From positions 182,208-246,207 of the forward strand of contig JBBDPN010000001.1 of assembly GCA_040876265.1 (NCBI GenBank): a stretch of 64,000 bases of DNA, in the 5' to 3' direction. The stretch is from Candidatus Woykebacteria bacterium. Its GTDB lineage: Bacteria; Patescibacteriota; Microgenomatia; Woykebacterales; RBG-16-39-9b. The notes beneath the pieces are model-generated. The model saw only the letters and a program-made list of their open reading frames with translations, made no database searches and had not been told where the DNA came from. Positions 49,672 through 58,032 of this stretch are shown piece after piece; position 1 is the stretch's first letter, and every line of letters starts with the position of its first letter. The position numbers and the translations under genes are program-made.

Positions 49672-51672
49672 CTATTGTTTTATTCTCGGCTGCGCATCAA
49701 TTGCTTTTAGACCATCGAGGATTTTCCCTCGTATTTTTTCCACATCGGTCTGCTTTAAGGTATGATTTTGGTGAAAATATTCTATTTGAATTAAGACCGA
49801 GCGTTTGCCGCTGATTTGGGTATCTTCGATTAAAGACATGGTGTGGTAGTTTTCCGCGGCACTTTTTTTAATTACCTGAGCTATATCCTCAAATTTTTTA
49901 TCGTCGGGTAAAAACATTGATATACTTTCTTTGACGGTCGGAAACTTAAGGTTTGGTGTAAATGTCTTCCGCTTTGTATGAGATTTAAGAAGTTCCAAAT
50001 CTAATTCAAAAAAATAAGTCTCCCCTTCTATAGCCGATCGCTCCAAAATTTGTCTACCGATATCGCCAAAGATACCCAACGAATCTTTCCCTATCGTGAT
50101 AGAGCTGGATGTTCCACCTAGAAAAGTTGAGCCGCTAGAAGCTTGAACTTTGTAATTTGTAATTCCAAGTTTTTGTAAAACCCCCTCTAAAACGCCCTTG
50201 GCATCCCGAAACTCATAATTTGTAAATATCGCGGCCACCTTGGCTTCTTGCAGTGGCAAACCATCTTTTTGGGTTCCTTTGGTGAACACTTTGCCAAATT
50301 CGAAAAATGCTATCCTTGACTTACTTTTGCGATTATCTAATATTGCTTGAAGTAGACCGATAAAAAGAGTCGGTCTCAGATATTCGTGATCAACTACGAG
50401 CCGGTTTGCCACTCTGAGACAATTCTCAACTTTTATACCTGAATTCTCAAGGAGCCTCGCACTTAAAAGCGAGCTTGAATAAATTTCCTTAAGTCCTAGT
50501 AAAGCAAAATGGTATTTTAGATTAATCTCAAAGTTACCCTCTCCCTGGTAATCTGTTTGCTGGCTGGACAAAGGAATTGTTTTTGGGAACTTGTTGAAAC
50601 CATAAAGTCTACCTACCTCCTCAACGATGTCAATCGGTGCGTTTATATCAGTTCTAAAAGACGGTACTTCTAATGTAAAATTTCTTGAATCTTTACTCTT
50701 GATCGCGAAGTCTAGTCTTTCCAATATAGCTGTAACCTCACCCATCTTTAGGTTCAATCCCAGCACGTCTTTTATTAGGGCTAAGGAAACATTTATAACC
50801 TTATTTTCAACAGGGAACCCCACGCTTGTAATTGGTGAGACAAGCCGACCGCTTGTAGTGTTGTGAAGTAGCTCCAGTACTCTTTCGAATGTGTACCGGT
50901 GGGCATTTGGATCGAGTTTTTTCTCAAATCGGTTGGACGCCTCACTTCGCAGCCCAACTGCCTGAGAGGTTTTTCTTATAGCCAGCGGATCGTAAATCGG
51001 TACCTGAAGCAAAATTGTGGTTGTATTTTGGTCAGTCTCGCTGACCCGCGCGCCCATTAGTCCGGCAAGGTCAATTATTTTCTCCTCGTCCTCAATAATT
51101 ATCGCCCCCTTGGGTAAGGTTCTTTCAACTCCATCCAGAGTGATTATTTGCTCGTCCTTCTTACTCTCCCGTAAGGTGATCTGCCCTTTTATTTTGTTCC
51201 AATCAAATGCGTGCATAGGTTGGCCGGTTTCCAACATGACGTAGTTTGTTACATCTACTACGGCGTTGATCGACCGTATGCCCGATCTTTCTAATCTTTC
51301 AACCAACCATTGAGGCGAGGAGGTAATGTTTCCTAGACTAATTAGTCCCAGGCTATAGTTTGGGCAAAGTTCCTTTTGCAAAACCTTAAATCTTACTTTC
51401 TGGTTAGGAACTGCAGGATTAAAATCTGTATGAGAAAAAGACGCTGGGATGGATAATTTCCGGTTATAAATAGCAGCAATTTCTCTGGATATGCCTATAA
51501 CTCCCAAACAGTCAGGTCTATTTGGTGTGATTTCAAACTCAAAGGTTGAATCACCTTTTGAGGTGTTAATAGCTTCGATTTTTGTACCGGTAAACTGAAG
51601 ATCTTCTGCTAATCTACCGAGCCCTTCTTTTATGTCTACGTACTCCTTAATCCAGGAAATTGGTATTTTCAT
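49672..51672 (-). CDS. pheT: Phenylalanine--tRNA ligase beta subunit (lacks the B2 OB domain)
   Basis: EITPNRPDCL follows directly after B1; VDVTNYVMLETGQPMHAFD; EEVGRLYG. Confidence 0.95.
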   Translation of the reverse strand: MKIPISWIKEYVDIKEGLGRLAEDLQFTGTKIEAINTSKGDSTFEFEITPNRPDCLGVIGISREIAAIYNRKLSIPASFSHTDFNPAVPNQKVRFKVLQKELCPNYSLGLISLGNITSSPQWLVERLERSGIRSINAVVDVTNYVMLETGQPMHAFDWNKIKGQITLRESKKDEQIITLDGVERTLPKGAIIIEDEEKIIDLAGLMGARVSETDQNTTTILLQVPIYDPLAIRKTSQAVGLRSEASNRFEKKLDPNAHRYTFERVLELLHNTTSGRLVSPITSVGFPVENKVINVSLALIKDVLGLNLKMGEVTAILERLDFAIKSKDSRNFTLEVPSFRTDINAPIDIVEEVGRLYGFNKFPKTIPLSSQQTDYQGEGNFEINLKYHFALLGLKEIYSSSLLSARLLENSGIKVENCLRVANRLVVDHEYLRPTLFIGLLQAILDNRKSKSRIAFFEFGKVFTKGTQKDGLPLQEAKVAAIFTNYEFRDAKGVLEGVLQKLGITNYKVQASSGSTFLGGTSSSITIGKDSLGIFGDIGRQILERSAIEGETYFFELDLELLKSHTKRKTFTPNLKFPTVKESISMFLPDDKKFEDIAQVIKKSAAENYHTMSLIEDTQISGKRSVLIQIEYFHQNHTLKQTDVEKIRGKILDGLKAIDAQPRIKQ

Positions 51673-51675
51673 ACA

Positions 51676-52644
51676 CTAAAATTGGTCTAGAAAATTGTTG
51701 CTACTGCTATAAAGTATACGCAGATCCTCAATACCGTAACGTAGCATTACTAGACGATCAGGCCCCATACCAAAGGCCCAGCCCCGGTATTTTCTGGGAT
51801 CCACCCCAACATTTTTTAATACGTTTGGGTGCACCATTCCCGCCCCCATAATTTCAATCCAACCTTTTTTTGGGTGTAGGACCTCAACTTCTATGGAAGG
51901 TTCGGTATAGGGGAAGTGATGACCGTAGACTCTTACTTTTGTTTGTTGACCAAAAAAACGCTTCGCGAAAAAGTCTAGAACACCTAGTAAGTCAGTCATG
52001 GATGCGTGTTTGTCGACTAAAAGACCTTCCAGTTGATAGAAAGATGGTAAGTGCGTAGCATCTGGCATGTCACGTCTATAAACCCTGCCTGGAAAAAGGG
52101 CTCGTATCGGAGGTTTGTGTTGCTTTAGAAAACGGATCTGCATATTACTTGTGTGAGTTCGTAAAACCGTGTTTTCATCAATATAATAGGTCTGCTGAGT
52201 ATCTCTGGCTGGATGATTTGGTGGTATGTTCAGCATTTGGAAGTTGTAAAAATCACTTTCTACCTCCGGGCCATCTGTCCAAACAAAACCTAAGTAGTGA
52301 AAGATCTCCTTTATGTCTTCAATTACAAGTGAGATTGGGTGGAGTCTACCGTGGTCTACTTTGTTTCCGAAAATCGTAACGTCGTAAATTTTCTCCTCAC
52401 GAGAGTCTTTATCTCGCCGAATAGCCTCTTCTAATAGCCTTTCTATTCTATCCCGAGCCTTTCTAACCTTTGTTCCGACCCCTCCTCTTTCATCTGCAGT
52501 TAAGCTTGGTATGGTTGCAGTTATTTTAGTTAAAATACCCTTTTTTCTTCCTAGATACTTGATTCGCAATTCCTCTAAGCCATCGCTTTTTTTTGTTTTG
52601 GAGAGGTCTTTCTGGAAGTCATTTAGAAGCTTATCTAAGTTCAT
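51676..52644 (-). CDS. pheS: Phenylalanine--tRNA ligase alpha subunit
   Basis: HPARD.Q.TY, LRTHTS, FPYTEPS, GAGMVHPNV. Confidence 0.97.
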   Translation of the reverse strand: MNLDKLLNDFQKDLSKTKKSDGLEELRIKYLGRKKGILTKITATIPSLTADERGGVGTKVRKARDRIERLLEEAIRRDKDSREEKIYDVTIFGNKVDHGRLHPISLVIEDIKEIFHYLGFVWTDGPEVESDFYNFQMLNIPPNHPARDTQQTYYIDENTVLRTHTSNMQIRFLKQHKPPIRALFPGRVYRRDMPDATHLPSFYQLEGLLVDKHASMTDLLGVLDFFAKRFFGQQTKVRVYGHHFPYTEPSIEVEVLHPKKGWIEIMGAGMVHPNVLKNVGVDPRKYRGWAFGMGPDRLVMLRYGIEDLRILYSSSNNFLDQF

Positions 52645-52703
52645 ATGACAACAATTCTAACACACAAGTAAATTTTGGTTGTAGAAAAAGGGCTCCAAGA
52701 AAA

Positions 52704-52760
52704 TAGCCCTCAAATGGGAAGCTCACGCCTGCCCTACATGAGCTCCCCAGTCGAGGGCCA
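52704..52760 (-). ncRNA. Candidate structured small RNA or leader (about 24-bp hairpin)
   Basis: TGGCCCTCGA-C-TGGGGAGCTCATGT/AGGGCAG/GCGTGAGCTTCCCA-T-TTGAGGGCTA; the G-U pairs work only on the minus strand; promoter directly upstream. Confidence 0.5.
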
Positions 52761-52771
52761 AATTCTAAAAA

Positions 52772-52800
52772 AGATTACCAGAAAATAGCTGTCTTGTCAA
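52772..52800 (-). promoter_or_regulatory. Sigma-70-type promoter
   Basis: TTGACA, 17 nt ending TGG, TAATCT. Confidence 0.6.
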
Positions 52801-52833
52801 GACTATGGGGTTCGATCTTCAGAAGCTATGGAG

Positions 52834-53178
52834 TTATTTTACCTTGGAAACGATCCGTTTAAACGTTGAGGGGTCGGAGATCAGAATATCCGCCAATATT
52901 TTTCTATCTAGCTCTACGTTTTTATTTTTGAGGGATTTGAGAAACAGGTTGTAAGAAATTCCTTCGCTTCGCAAACCGGCGTTTATTTGGGTTATCCAAA
53001 GTCTTCTCTGGTGTCTTTTCCGCATTTTCCTACCGGCAAACGCGTAATTACCGGCGTGGGCCTGAGCTTCTTTAGCGCTTCTAACCAGTCTGCTTTTTGC
53101 TCCTCTATAGCCCTTTGTGCTCTGCAAAATCTTTTTATGTTTTCGTCTCTTTACGAGACCCTTTTTAATCCTTACCAT
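52834..53178 (-). CDS. rplT: 50S ribosomal protein L20
   Basis: KGYRG..SR, RRLWIT.INA, LDRKILAD. Confidence 0.97.
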   Translation of the reverse strand: MVRIKKGLVKRRKHKKILQSTKGYRGAKSRLVRSAKEAQAHAGNYAFAGRKMRKRHQRRLWITQINAGLRSEGISYNLFLKSLKNKNVELDRKILADILISDPSTFKRIVSKVK

Positions 53179-53181
53179 TTT

Positions 53182-53376
53182 TTATCTGCTGGCGATCATT
53201 TCCTTTATTTTCTTTTTAAAATCCTCATTGACGTCCTCTGGTTCTTTTTGACGTCTGATCCTGCTCTTAGATTTCACTTTTTTGTGATGTGAAGAATACG
53301 CGTGCCCACGCAACAATTTCCCAGTCTTAGTGACTTTAAATCTTTTGCTAACTGTTTTCTTTGTCTTCTTTTTCAT
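53182..53376 (-). CDS. rpmI: 50S ribosomal protein L35
   Basis: KTKK..SKRFKVTKTGKL; between infC and rplT. Confidence 0.95.
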   Translation of the reverse strand: MKKKTKKTVSKRFKVTKTGKLLRGHAYSSHHKKVKSKSRIRRQKEPEDVNEDFKKKIKEMIASR

Positions 53377-53893
53377 GAATCTTTCCCTTGGTAGGTTTCA
53401 TACTCAAGCTCAAATTTCGCCCGACCAGCCTGGGCTCGCTATCTTTTTCGCCAGTTTCAACGAGCATATCGACCGCTCTTTCAAGAGTTTTAAATCCATA
53501 TTCTGGGTGAACGATTTCTCGACCACCGAATTTTACGGTTAATTTTACCCGGTCGCCCAGCTTAAGAAACTCCTGAGCGTGACCTACTCTTACTTTGAGA
53601 TCGTGTTCACTCATTAGAGGCCCGAGCCAAATTTCCTTTGTTTCGATTTGCCTAGTCTTCTTCTTCGCGCTTCTTTCCTTCTTTGACTCCTCGTACTTCA
53701 GTTTCTTAAAATCAGTTATTTTTGCTACCGGAGGTTGGGCTTTTGGAGCAATCTCAACTAAATCCAAATTCAACTCTCTTGCCTGACGGATCGCCTCACT
53801 GGTATCTACGATACCTATTTGTTTTCCGCTTGGGTCAAGCAACCGCAACTTACTGACTCTAATATTTTGATTTAATCGATAAAACTTTCCTAT
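53348..53893 (-). CDS. infC: Translation initiation factor IF-3, probable non-canonical AUA start
   Basis: LDLVEIAP.A.PPVAKI.DF.K..YE, KLTVKFGGRE. The frame extends upstream through YRLNQNI to ATA at 53893, with GGAGG 10 nt upstream. Confidence 0.93.
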   Translation of the reverse strand: MGKFYRLNQNIRVSKLRLLDPSGKQIGIVDTSEAIRQARELNLDLVEIAPKAQPPVAKITDFKKLKYEESKKERSAKKKTRQIETKEIWLGPLMSEHDLKVRVGHAQEFLKLGDRVKLTVKFGGREIVHPEYGFKTLERAVDMLVETGEKDSEPRLVGRNLSLSMKPTKGKIHEKEDKENS

Positions 53894-54501
53894 TTTACAG
53901 GCTCCTCCACTAGATGTTCTATCTCTTGTCTGCTTATTGCCCCTTCCCTCAAAATCTCGGACGGGCTTTTGGTTAGATTAATTAAAGTCGATTGTAAGCT
54001 TGAAAGAACCTGGGCACCATCCAGACTTGAAAGATCGATTGCATAGTCTACCAAAGCTAAAAGAGCTTTGTCAATTTGACTGAAAGAAACTGGGGCCCTC
54101 TTCGTGTGAAAATTTGCGCTTGGCGCCAAAATTGGTACCCCAACACGTTTGATGATTTCCCTCAGTAGGTGTTGTTTCGGTATTCTAATACCAATACTGG
54201 CAGCCGGACCCTGGATTATTTTCGGGACATTATCGGTTGCCTTTAAAATAGCAGTTAGTGGCCCGGGCCAAAATTTTGAGACTAGTTTTTCTGCGAAGTT
54301 ATCAAGCTCGCCGTAATTTAAAACTTGGTTCAAATCAGCAGCTAGGATAAGCGTCGGTTTGGAGAGAGGTGTTTTTCTAATCTCATAAAGTCGCTTAATA
54401 GAATCTTCCCGGTCGATTCTGCAACCAACTCCGTAAATAGTATCAGTCGGAAATATAACCAAATCACCTTTTTGCAAATGCATTATTGCTTCGTGAATCA
54501 C
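53890..54501 (-). CDS. tsaC: Threonylcarbamoyl-AMP synthase (TsaC/Sua5 family)
   Basis: FPTDTIYG, FWPGPLT, IGIRIP, APSAN, ILREGAI. Confidence 0.92.
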   Translation of the reverse strand: MIHEAIMHLQKGDLVIFPTDTIYGVGCRIDREDSIKRLYEIRKTPLSKPTLILAADLNQVLNYGELDNFAEKLVSKFWPGPLTAILKATDNVPKIIQGPAASIGIRIPKQHLLREIIKRVGVPILAPSANFHTKRAPVSFSQIDKALLALVDYAIDLSSLDGAQVLSSLQSTLINLTKSPSEILREGAISRQEIEHLVEEPVK

Positions 54502-56222
54502 CGACGCTCCTCAATCTCCTGTTTTATTTTTCTCGTGAAATTGTCCAAATCTACTGCTCCTTCGTTTTTAATACCCTTAGATCTTACTGTAACTTTTTTT
54601 CTGACAGTCTCTTTGTCGCCTATAATAAGTACATAGGGTACTTTTTTCATTTCTGCGTCCCGAATTTTAGACTGCATTGTTACCGATCGATCGTCGAGGC
54701 CGGACCTTATATTCTCTGCTACCAATGACTCAACCACTTTTTTAGCATAATTAGAATGCCTATCAGCTATTGGCACAATTGTTACTTGTATTGGGGCCAG
54801 CCACAGCGGAAAATTACCGCCAAAGTGCTCGATTAAAATTCCAATAAATCTTTCAAAAGATCCGTATATTGCCCGATGTATTACAACTGGAGGGGTATCT
54901 TTTCCGTCTTGACTAGTAAATTTAAGTTTAAAATTTCTTGGCGTTTGGAAGTCAATTTGGATGGTTCCCATCTGCCATTGCCGGCCCAGAGAATCCTTAA
55001 TAAGAAGGTCTGCTTTGGGTCCATAAAACGCGCCGTCGCCTTCTAAGATACTATACCTTGCGCCGCTAGCATCGAGAGCCTTTTTTAGTTCTCCTTCCGC
55101 TTTTTTCCACAACTGTGTGGAACCCATGGACTTTGCAGGTTTCGTACCGAGTCTAAAAGAGTATTCGAGACGAAAGGTCGAGTAAAATTTTTCAATCAGC
55201 TTCAAAAGCTCGGCTAGCTCCCTCTGTAAGTCTTCTTGCCTGGTGAAAATATGAGCATCGTCTTGGCGAAATTGACGAACTCTAAAAAGTCCGGTCAAAG
55301 TACCCGAGCGCTCGTTTCTATGTAGCGGGTCGGTATCGTATAAACGTAAAGGTAAGTCCCTGTAAGAGCGCGTTTTAGAAGAAAAGATTAGCATTGCGTT
55401 GGGACAATTCATAGCTTTAACACCATAAGTTTCCTTGTCAGCTGTTTTAGCGACGAACATATTTTCCAGATAATATTTCCAGTGTCCGGATGTAACATAC
55501 AGTTCTCTCTTGTTCAAAATAGGAGAGATGATTTCCTCGTAGCCAGCCTCTTTATGGAGTCTGTCGGAAAAATCAATGAGGGCTTTGTAAATTTTAGCTC
55601 CGTTTGGCAGCCAATACGGCATGCCTGGAGCGGTCTCGTGGAAAAAAAAGAGTTCAAGCCGGGTTCCTAGTGCTTTATGATCTCTTTTTTTTATTTCTTC
55701 TCGCCTGTTCATGTACTCCTGCAGCTCTTTTTTGGAGTACCAAGCAGTTCCATAGACCCGTTGTAGCATCTTGTTTTGCTCGCTCCCCTTCCAGTACGCT
55801 CCAGCAACAGTGAGGAGCTTTACTTCACCAACTTGACCAGAGTGTTCAACGTGAGGGCCGCTGCATAGATCGATAAAACCCCCGGTTTTGTAAAATGAAA
55901 CAGTCGGTACGCCAGTCTTGGCTAAATCTTTTATCAACTCGACTTTGTAGGGCTCATGAAATTTTTTCGTCAAAATTACAGCTTCGTTAATTGGCCTATC
56001 GCTCCTTTCAAAGCGGATGTTTTGTTTTTTAAGTCGAGTTACCTCTCTTTCCATCTTCTGAAAATCGTCAGTAGAAAAATTATGAGGTGAATCAAAATCG
56101 TAGTAAAAACCGTCCTCGATGACCGGGCCTATACCTAAAGCAGTTTTTGGGTAGAGATTTTTAACAGCAGCAGCGAGCAAATGCGCGGCGGAATGACGCA
56201 TCGTATCCAGATCGTGCTTCAT
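54498..56222 (-). CDS. thrS: Threonine--tRNA ligase (no N-terminal TGS domain)
   Basis: RHSAAHLLA, DLCSGPH, RDHK.LG, MNCP, FYGPK, IHRAIYGSFERF. Confidence 0.97.
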   Translation of the reverse strand: MKHDLDTMRHSAAHLLAAAVKNLYPKTALGIGPVIEDGFYYDFDSPHNFSTDDFQKMEREVTRLKKQNIRFERSDRPINEAVILTKKFHEPYKVELIKDLAKTGVPTVSFYKTGGFIDLCSGPHVEHSGQVGEVKLLTVAGAYWKGSEQNKMLQRVYGTAWYSKKELQEYMNRREEIKKRDHKALGTRLELFFFHETAPGMPYWLPNGAKIYKALIDFSDRLHKEAGYEEIISPILNKRELYVTSGHWKYYLENMFVAKTADKETYGVKAMNCPNAMLIFSSKTRSYRDLPLRLYDTDPLHRNERSGTLTGLFRVRQFRQDDAHIFTRQEDLQRELAELLKLIEKFYSTFRLEYSFRLGTKPAKSMGSTQLWKKAEGELKKALDASGARYSILEGDGAFYGPKADLLIKDSLGRQWQMGTIQIDFQTPRNFKLKFTSQDGKDTPPVVIHRAIYGSFERFIGILIEHFGGNFPLWLAPIQVTIVPIADRHSNYAKKVVESLVAENIRSGLDDRSVTMQSKIRDAEMKKVPYVLIIGDKETVRKKVTVRSKGIKNEGAVDLDNFTRKIKQEIEERR

Positions 56223-56476
56223 GGTGTGGTTTGGGTTTGTATTTCGCGTAAGATATTACTGATAAACTCACCTAAAATAGGAACCGTGTTTAATTTGCTG
56301 AGGACAAAGATCCCAAGTCCAACGACCACTGTGGCTCCTAAAACAGTACCAAATCCCCAGGCAAGGCCGCCAAGAAAATTGTTTAGGACCATTTTACCAG
56401 TTGAAATATGGACCCTGGTGTGGCCTTTGCCGGGACCTATATCTATATATTCTTTTTTGTTGCTCTCTTCAGTCAT
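56219..56476 (-). CDS. Small membrane protein (DUF5665-like)
   Basis: NFLGGLAWGFGTVLGATVV...VPILG.F; start trimmed to ATG 56476, outside the tRNA. Confidence 0.75.
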   Translation of the reverse strand: MTEESNKKEYIDIGPGKGHTRVHISTGKMVLNNFLGGLAWGFGTVLGATVVVGLGIFVLSKLNTVPILGEFISNILREIQTQTTP

Positions 56477-56488
56477 ATTAAATTGTAA

Positions 56489-56565
56489 TGGTGGGCTGAA
56501 GAGGACTCGAACCTCTGGCCTCCGCGATGTCAACGCGACGCTCTAACCAGCTGAGCTACCAGCCC
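56489..56565 (-). tRNA. tRNA-Val(GAC)
   Basis: GGGCTGG..TAGCTCAGCTGGTTAGAGC..TCGCG-TTGACAT-CGCGG..AGAGG-TTCGAGT-CCTCT..TCAGCCC-A-CCA. Confidence 0.97.
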
Positions 56566-56571
56566 TTAGGA

Positions 56572-57228
56572 TTATCGACTTACGCTTGGGGCAGTTATCA
56601 GTTCTTTAGTTTTCCCAACTGTTTTACCGGTTGAAAACAATTTTGCCTTTTTAGCCTCAATTACAGAGTCAATTATACCGTATTTTTTAGCCTCAATCCC
56701 GCTCATAAAGAAATCGCGCTCCGTATCTTGGCTCACTTTAGAAACCGGTTGTTTTGTTTCTCTAGAGAGAATTTCATTTAGTTTCTTTTTCATTTTTAAT
56801 ATTTCGTCAGCGTGAATTTTGATATCAGTCGCCTGGCCGGAAATTTCGGTTATTGGCTGGTGAATCATAACTTTTGAATTCGGAAGGGAGTAGCGTTTTC
56901 CCCGTGTGCCACCAGCAAGTAAAACAGCTGCTCCAGAAGCTGCCATACCCACGCAGACCGTCGAAATCTCGGGCCGGACGTATTTCATCGTATCGTAAAT
57001 TGCCAGCGTGCTGTGGACATAACCACCAGGCGAATTTATATAAATACTGATATCTTTTTCCCCATTTTCATTTTCAAGATATAAAAGCTCGGCAATAACA
57101 ATATTTGCCGTTTCATCTGTTATTGGTCCGCCAATAAAGATAATTCTTTCCTCAAGAAGTCGGCTGTAGATATCATAAGCCCGCTCCCCCCGCGGGTCTC
57201 TTTTAATCACCATTGGGATAAGTTCCAT
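56572..57228 (-). CDS. clpP: ATP-dependent Clp protease proteolytic subunit
   Basis: [33 protein letters not shown]. Confidence 0.97.
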   Translation of the reverse strand: MELIPMVIKRDPRGERAYDIYSRLLEERIIFIGGPITDETANIVIAELLYLENENGEKDISIYINSPGGYVHSTLAIYDTMKYVRPEISTVCVGMAASGAAVLLAGGTRGKRYSLPNSKVMIHQPITEISGQATDIKIHADEILKMKKKLNEILSRETKQPVSKVSQDTERDFFMSGIEAKKYGIIDSVIEAKKAKLFSTGKTVGKTKELITAPSVSR

Positions 57229-57268
57229 CGTAGGCGAGATTATATCAGATGGTAACTAGGTTTTCTAT

Positions 57269-57294
57269 AATAGCGGATGGAAATAGCGGATGGA
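57269..57294. repeat. 13-bp perfect tandem duplication
   Basis: AATAGCGGATGGA x2. Confidence 0.8.
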
Positions 57295-57296
57295 GA

Positions 57297-57323
57297 ACCC
57301 TAGCAGAGGCCGCGTGCTAGGGT
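57297..57323 (-). terminator. Hairpin closing the 57.3-58.1 kb transcription unit
   Basis: ACCCTAGCA-9 nt-TGCTAGGGT; weak U-tract. Confidence 0.55.
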
Positions 57324-57347
57324 ATCTGGGTTGTTGCTTAATAGAGG

Positions 57348-57539
57348 TTAGTGGGGTTTACGGCCGTTTAAGGCACGTTCCCATTTATCTGGATGATCTC
57401 TGATCCACTCGTTTACTAACGCGGCAACGAGTGTGTTGTGCTCACCTTCCTGGAGATAGGAGCTGACGAACCGGAAAAGCATTGCTGGATCGTCAGCTAC
57501 AGAGTCAAGTTGATCCGCTATTGCGACCGAGTCAAGCAC
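57348..57539 (-). CDS. Small hypothetical protein
   Basis: 63-aa helical-looking ORF; the frame stays open to about 57587; no SD at the GTG. Confidence 0.45.
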   Translation of the reverse strand: MLDSVAIADQLDSVADDPAMLFRFVSSYLQEGEHNTLVAALVNEWIRDHPDKWERALNGRKPH

Positions 57540-57583
57540 CGCATCGCTCTCGATATTTATCGGGGCTGGAGATGCTGCAGTGC

Positions 57584-57754
57584 TTACTCACGGTCCATAC
57601 CCCAGTGGCCCCTACGAGCTGTGGCGTCGGCCTGACCTTGGATGGTGAGGGCCGGTGGGGTACCCTTGGTTTCATTACCAGAGGAATCGTCTTCATTCCT
57701 GTGGTCGTTTCGAGCCTTACTGGGACTATCGAGCTTGGTTTTTTCTTGGCCCAC
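57584..57754 (-). CDS. 56-aa hydrophilic sORF (not in ORF track)
   Basis: SD GAGGAAGGAG, 6 nt, GTG: MGQEKTKLDSPSKARNDHRNEDDSSGNETKGTPPALTIQGQADATARRGHWGMDRE*. Confidence 0.55.
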   Translation of the reverse strand: MGQEKTKLDSPSKARNDHRNEDDSSGNETKGTPPALTIQGQADATARRGHWGMDRE

Positions 57755-57793
57755 TGAAATCTCCTTCCTCTTGGCGCTCTCCGATCCCTAATT

Positions 57794-57892
57794 TGGTGTG
57801 AGGGGTGGGGATCGAACCCATAGATTAGTAAAACTCCGAACTCTACGTTGGAAGTACCACTAACCATAGCCGAACCGTACGGCCTCCCTCAC
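57794..57892 (-). ncRNA. tRNA-like RNA B (99 nt, encoded CCA, elongated helix in place of the anticodon arm)
   Basis: Acceptor GTGAGGG/CCCTCAC-A-CCA; D-arm GCCG-TACGGTT-CGGC; long helix GGTTAGTGG/TTACTAATC extended apically; T-arm TGGG-TTCGATC-CCCA. Confidence 0.8.
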
Positions 57893-57896
57893 CTGT

Positions 57897-57980
57897 TGGA
57901 GGGGGTAGGAATTGTACCTGCCAAAGAGATGGCCAAGTCCCCGAACGAGGCCGGCTCTTTCCAGTTGCTTTGGCCCCTCC
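57897..57980 (-). ncRNA. tRNA-like RNA A (84 nt, elongated helix in place of the anticodon arm)
   Basis: Acceptor GGAGGGG/CCCCTCC-A(ACA); 13-nt D region; helix AAAGAG/CTCTTT + GGCC/GGCC; T-arm GCAGG-TACAATT-CCTAC. Confidence 0.65.
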
Positions 57981-57983
57981 ATG

Positions 57984-58005
57984 AAAAAACCCCCTTCCGG
58001 GGGTT
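57984..58005 (-). terminator. Intrinsic terminator (attenuator) directly upstream of the tRNA-like RNAs
   Basis: AACCCCC-GGAA-GGGGGTT-TTTT. Confidence 0.85.
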
Positions 58006-58032
58006 CTAGTTTGCTTGATTACTTAAAGTTCC

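Noticed and set aside
56477-56533. N-terminal ORF extension into tRNA-Val (same issue at 60249-60284 and 63863-63931)
   Set aside because: These extensions translate tRNA sequence; downstream ATGs give sensible starts.
57269-57294. CRISPR-like repeat
   Set aside because: Only two adjacent 13-bp copies, no spacers and no cas genes. No array was seen anywhere in the window.
57532-57867. 111-aa ORF from the track
   Set aside because: It overlaps tRNA-like RNA B and has no SD; a different frame carries the SD-led start at 57754.
57794-57980. tmRNA (ssrA), two-piece tmRNA or YrlA-type Y RNA
   Set aside because: No G3-U70 pair, no tag reading frame or pseudoknot region between the halves, and each unit closes on itself within 100 nt. 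The ends form the acceptor stem, unlike YrlA, and no Ro60 gene is nearby.
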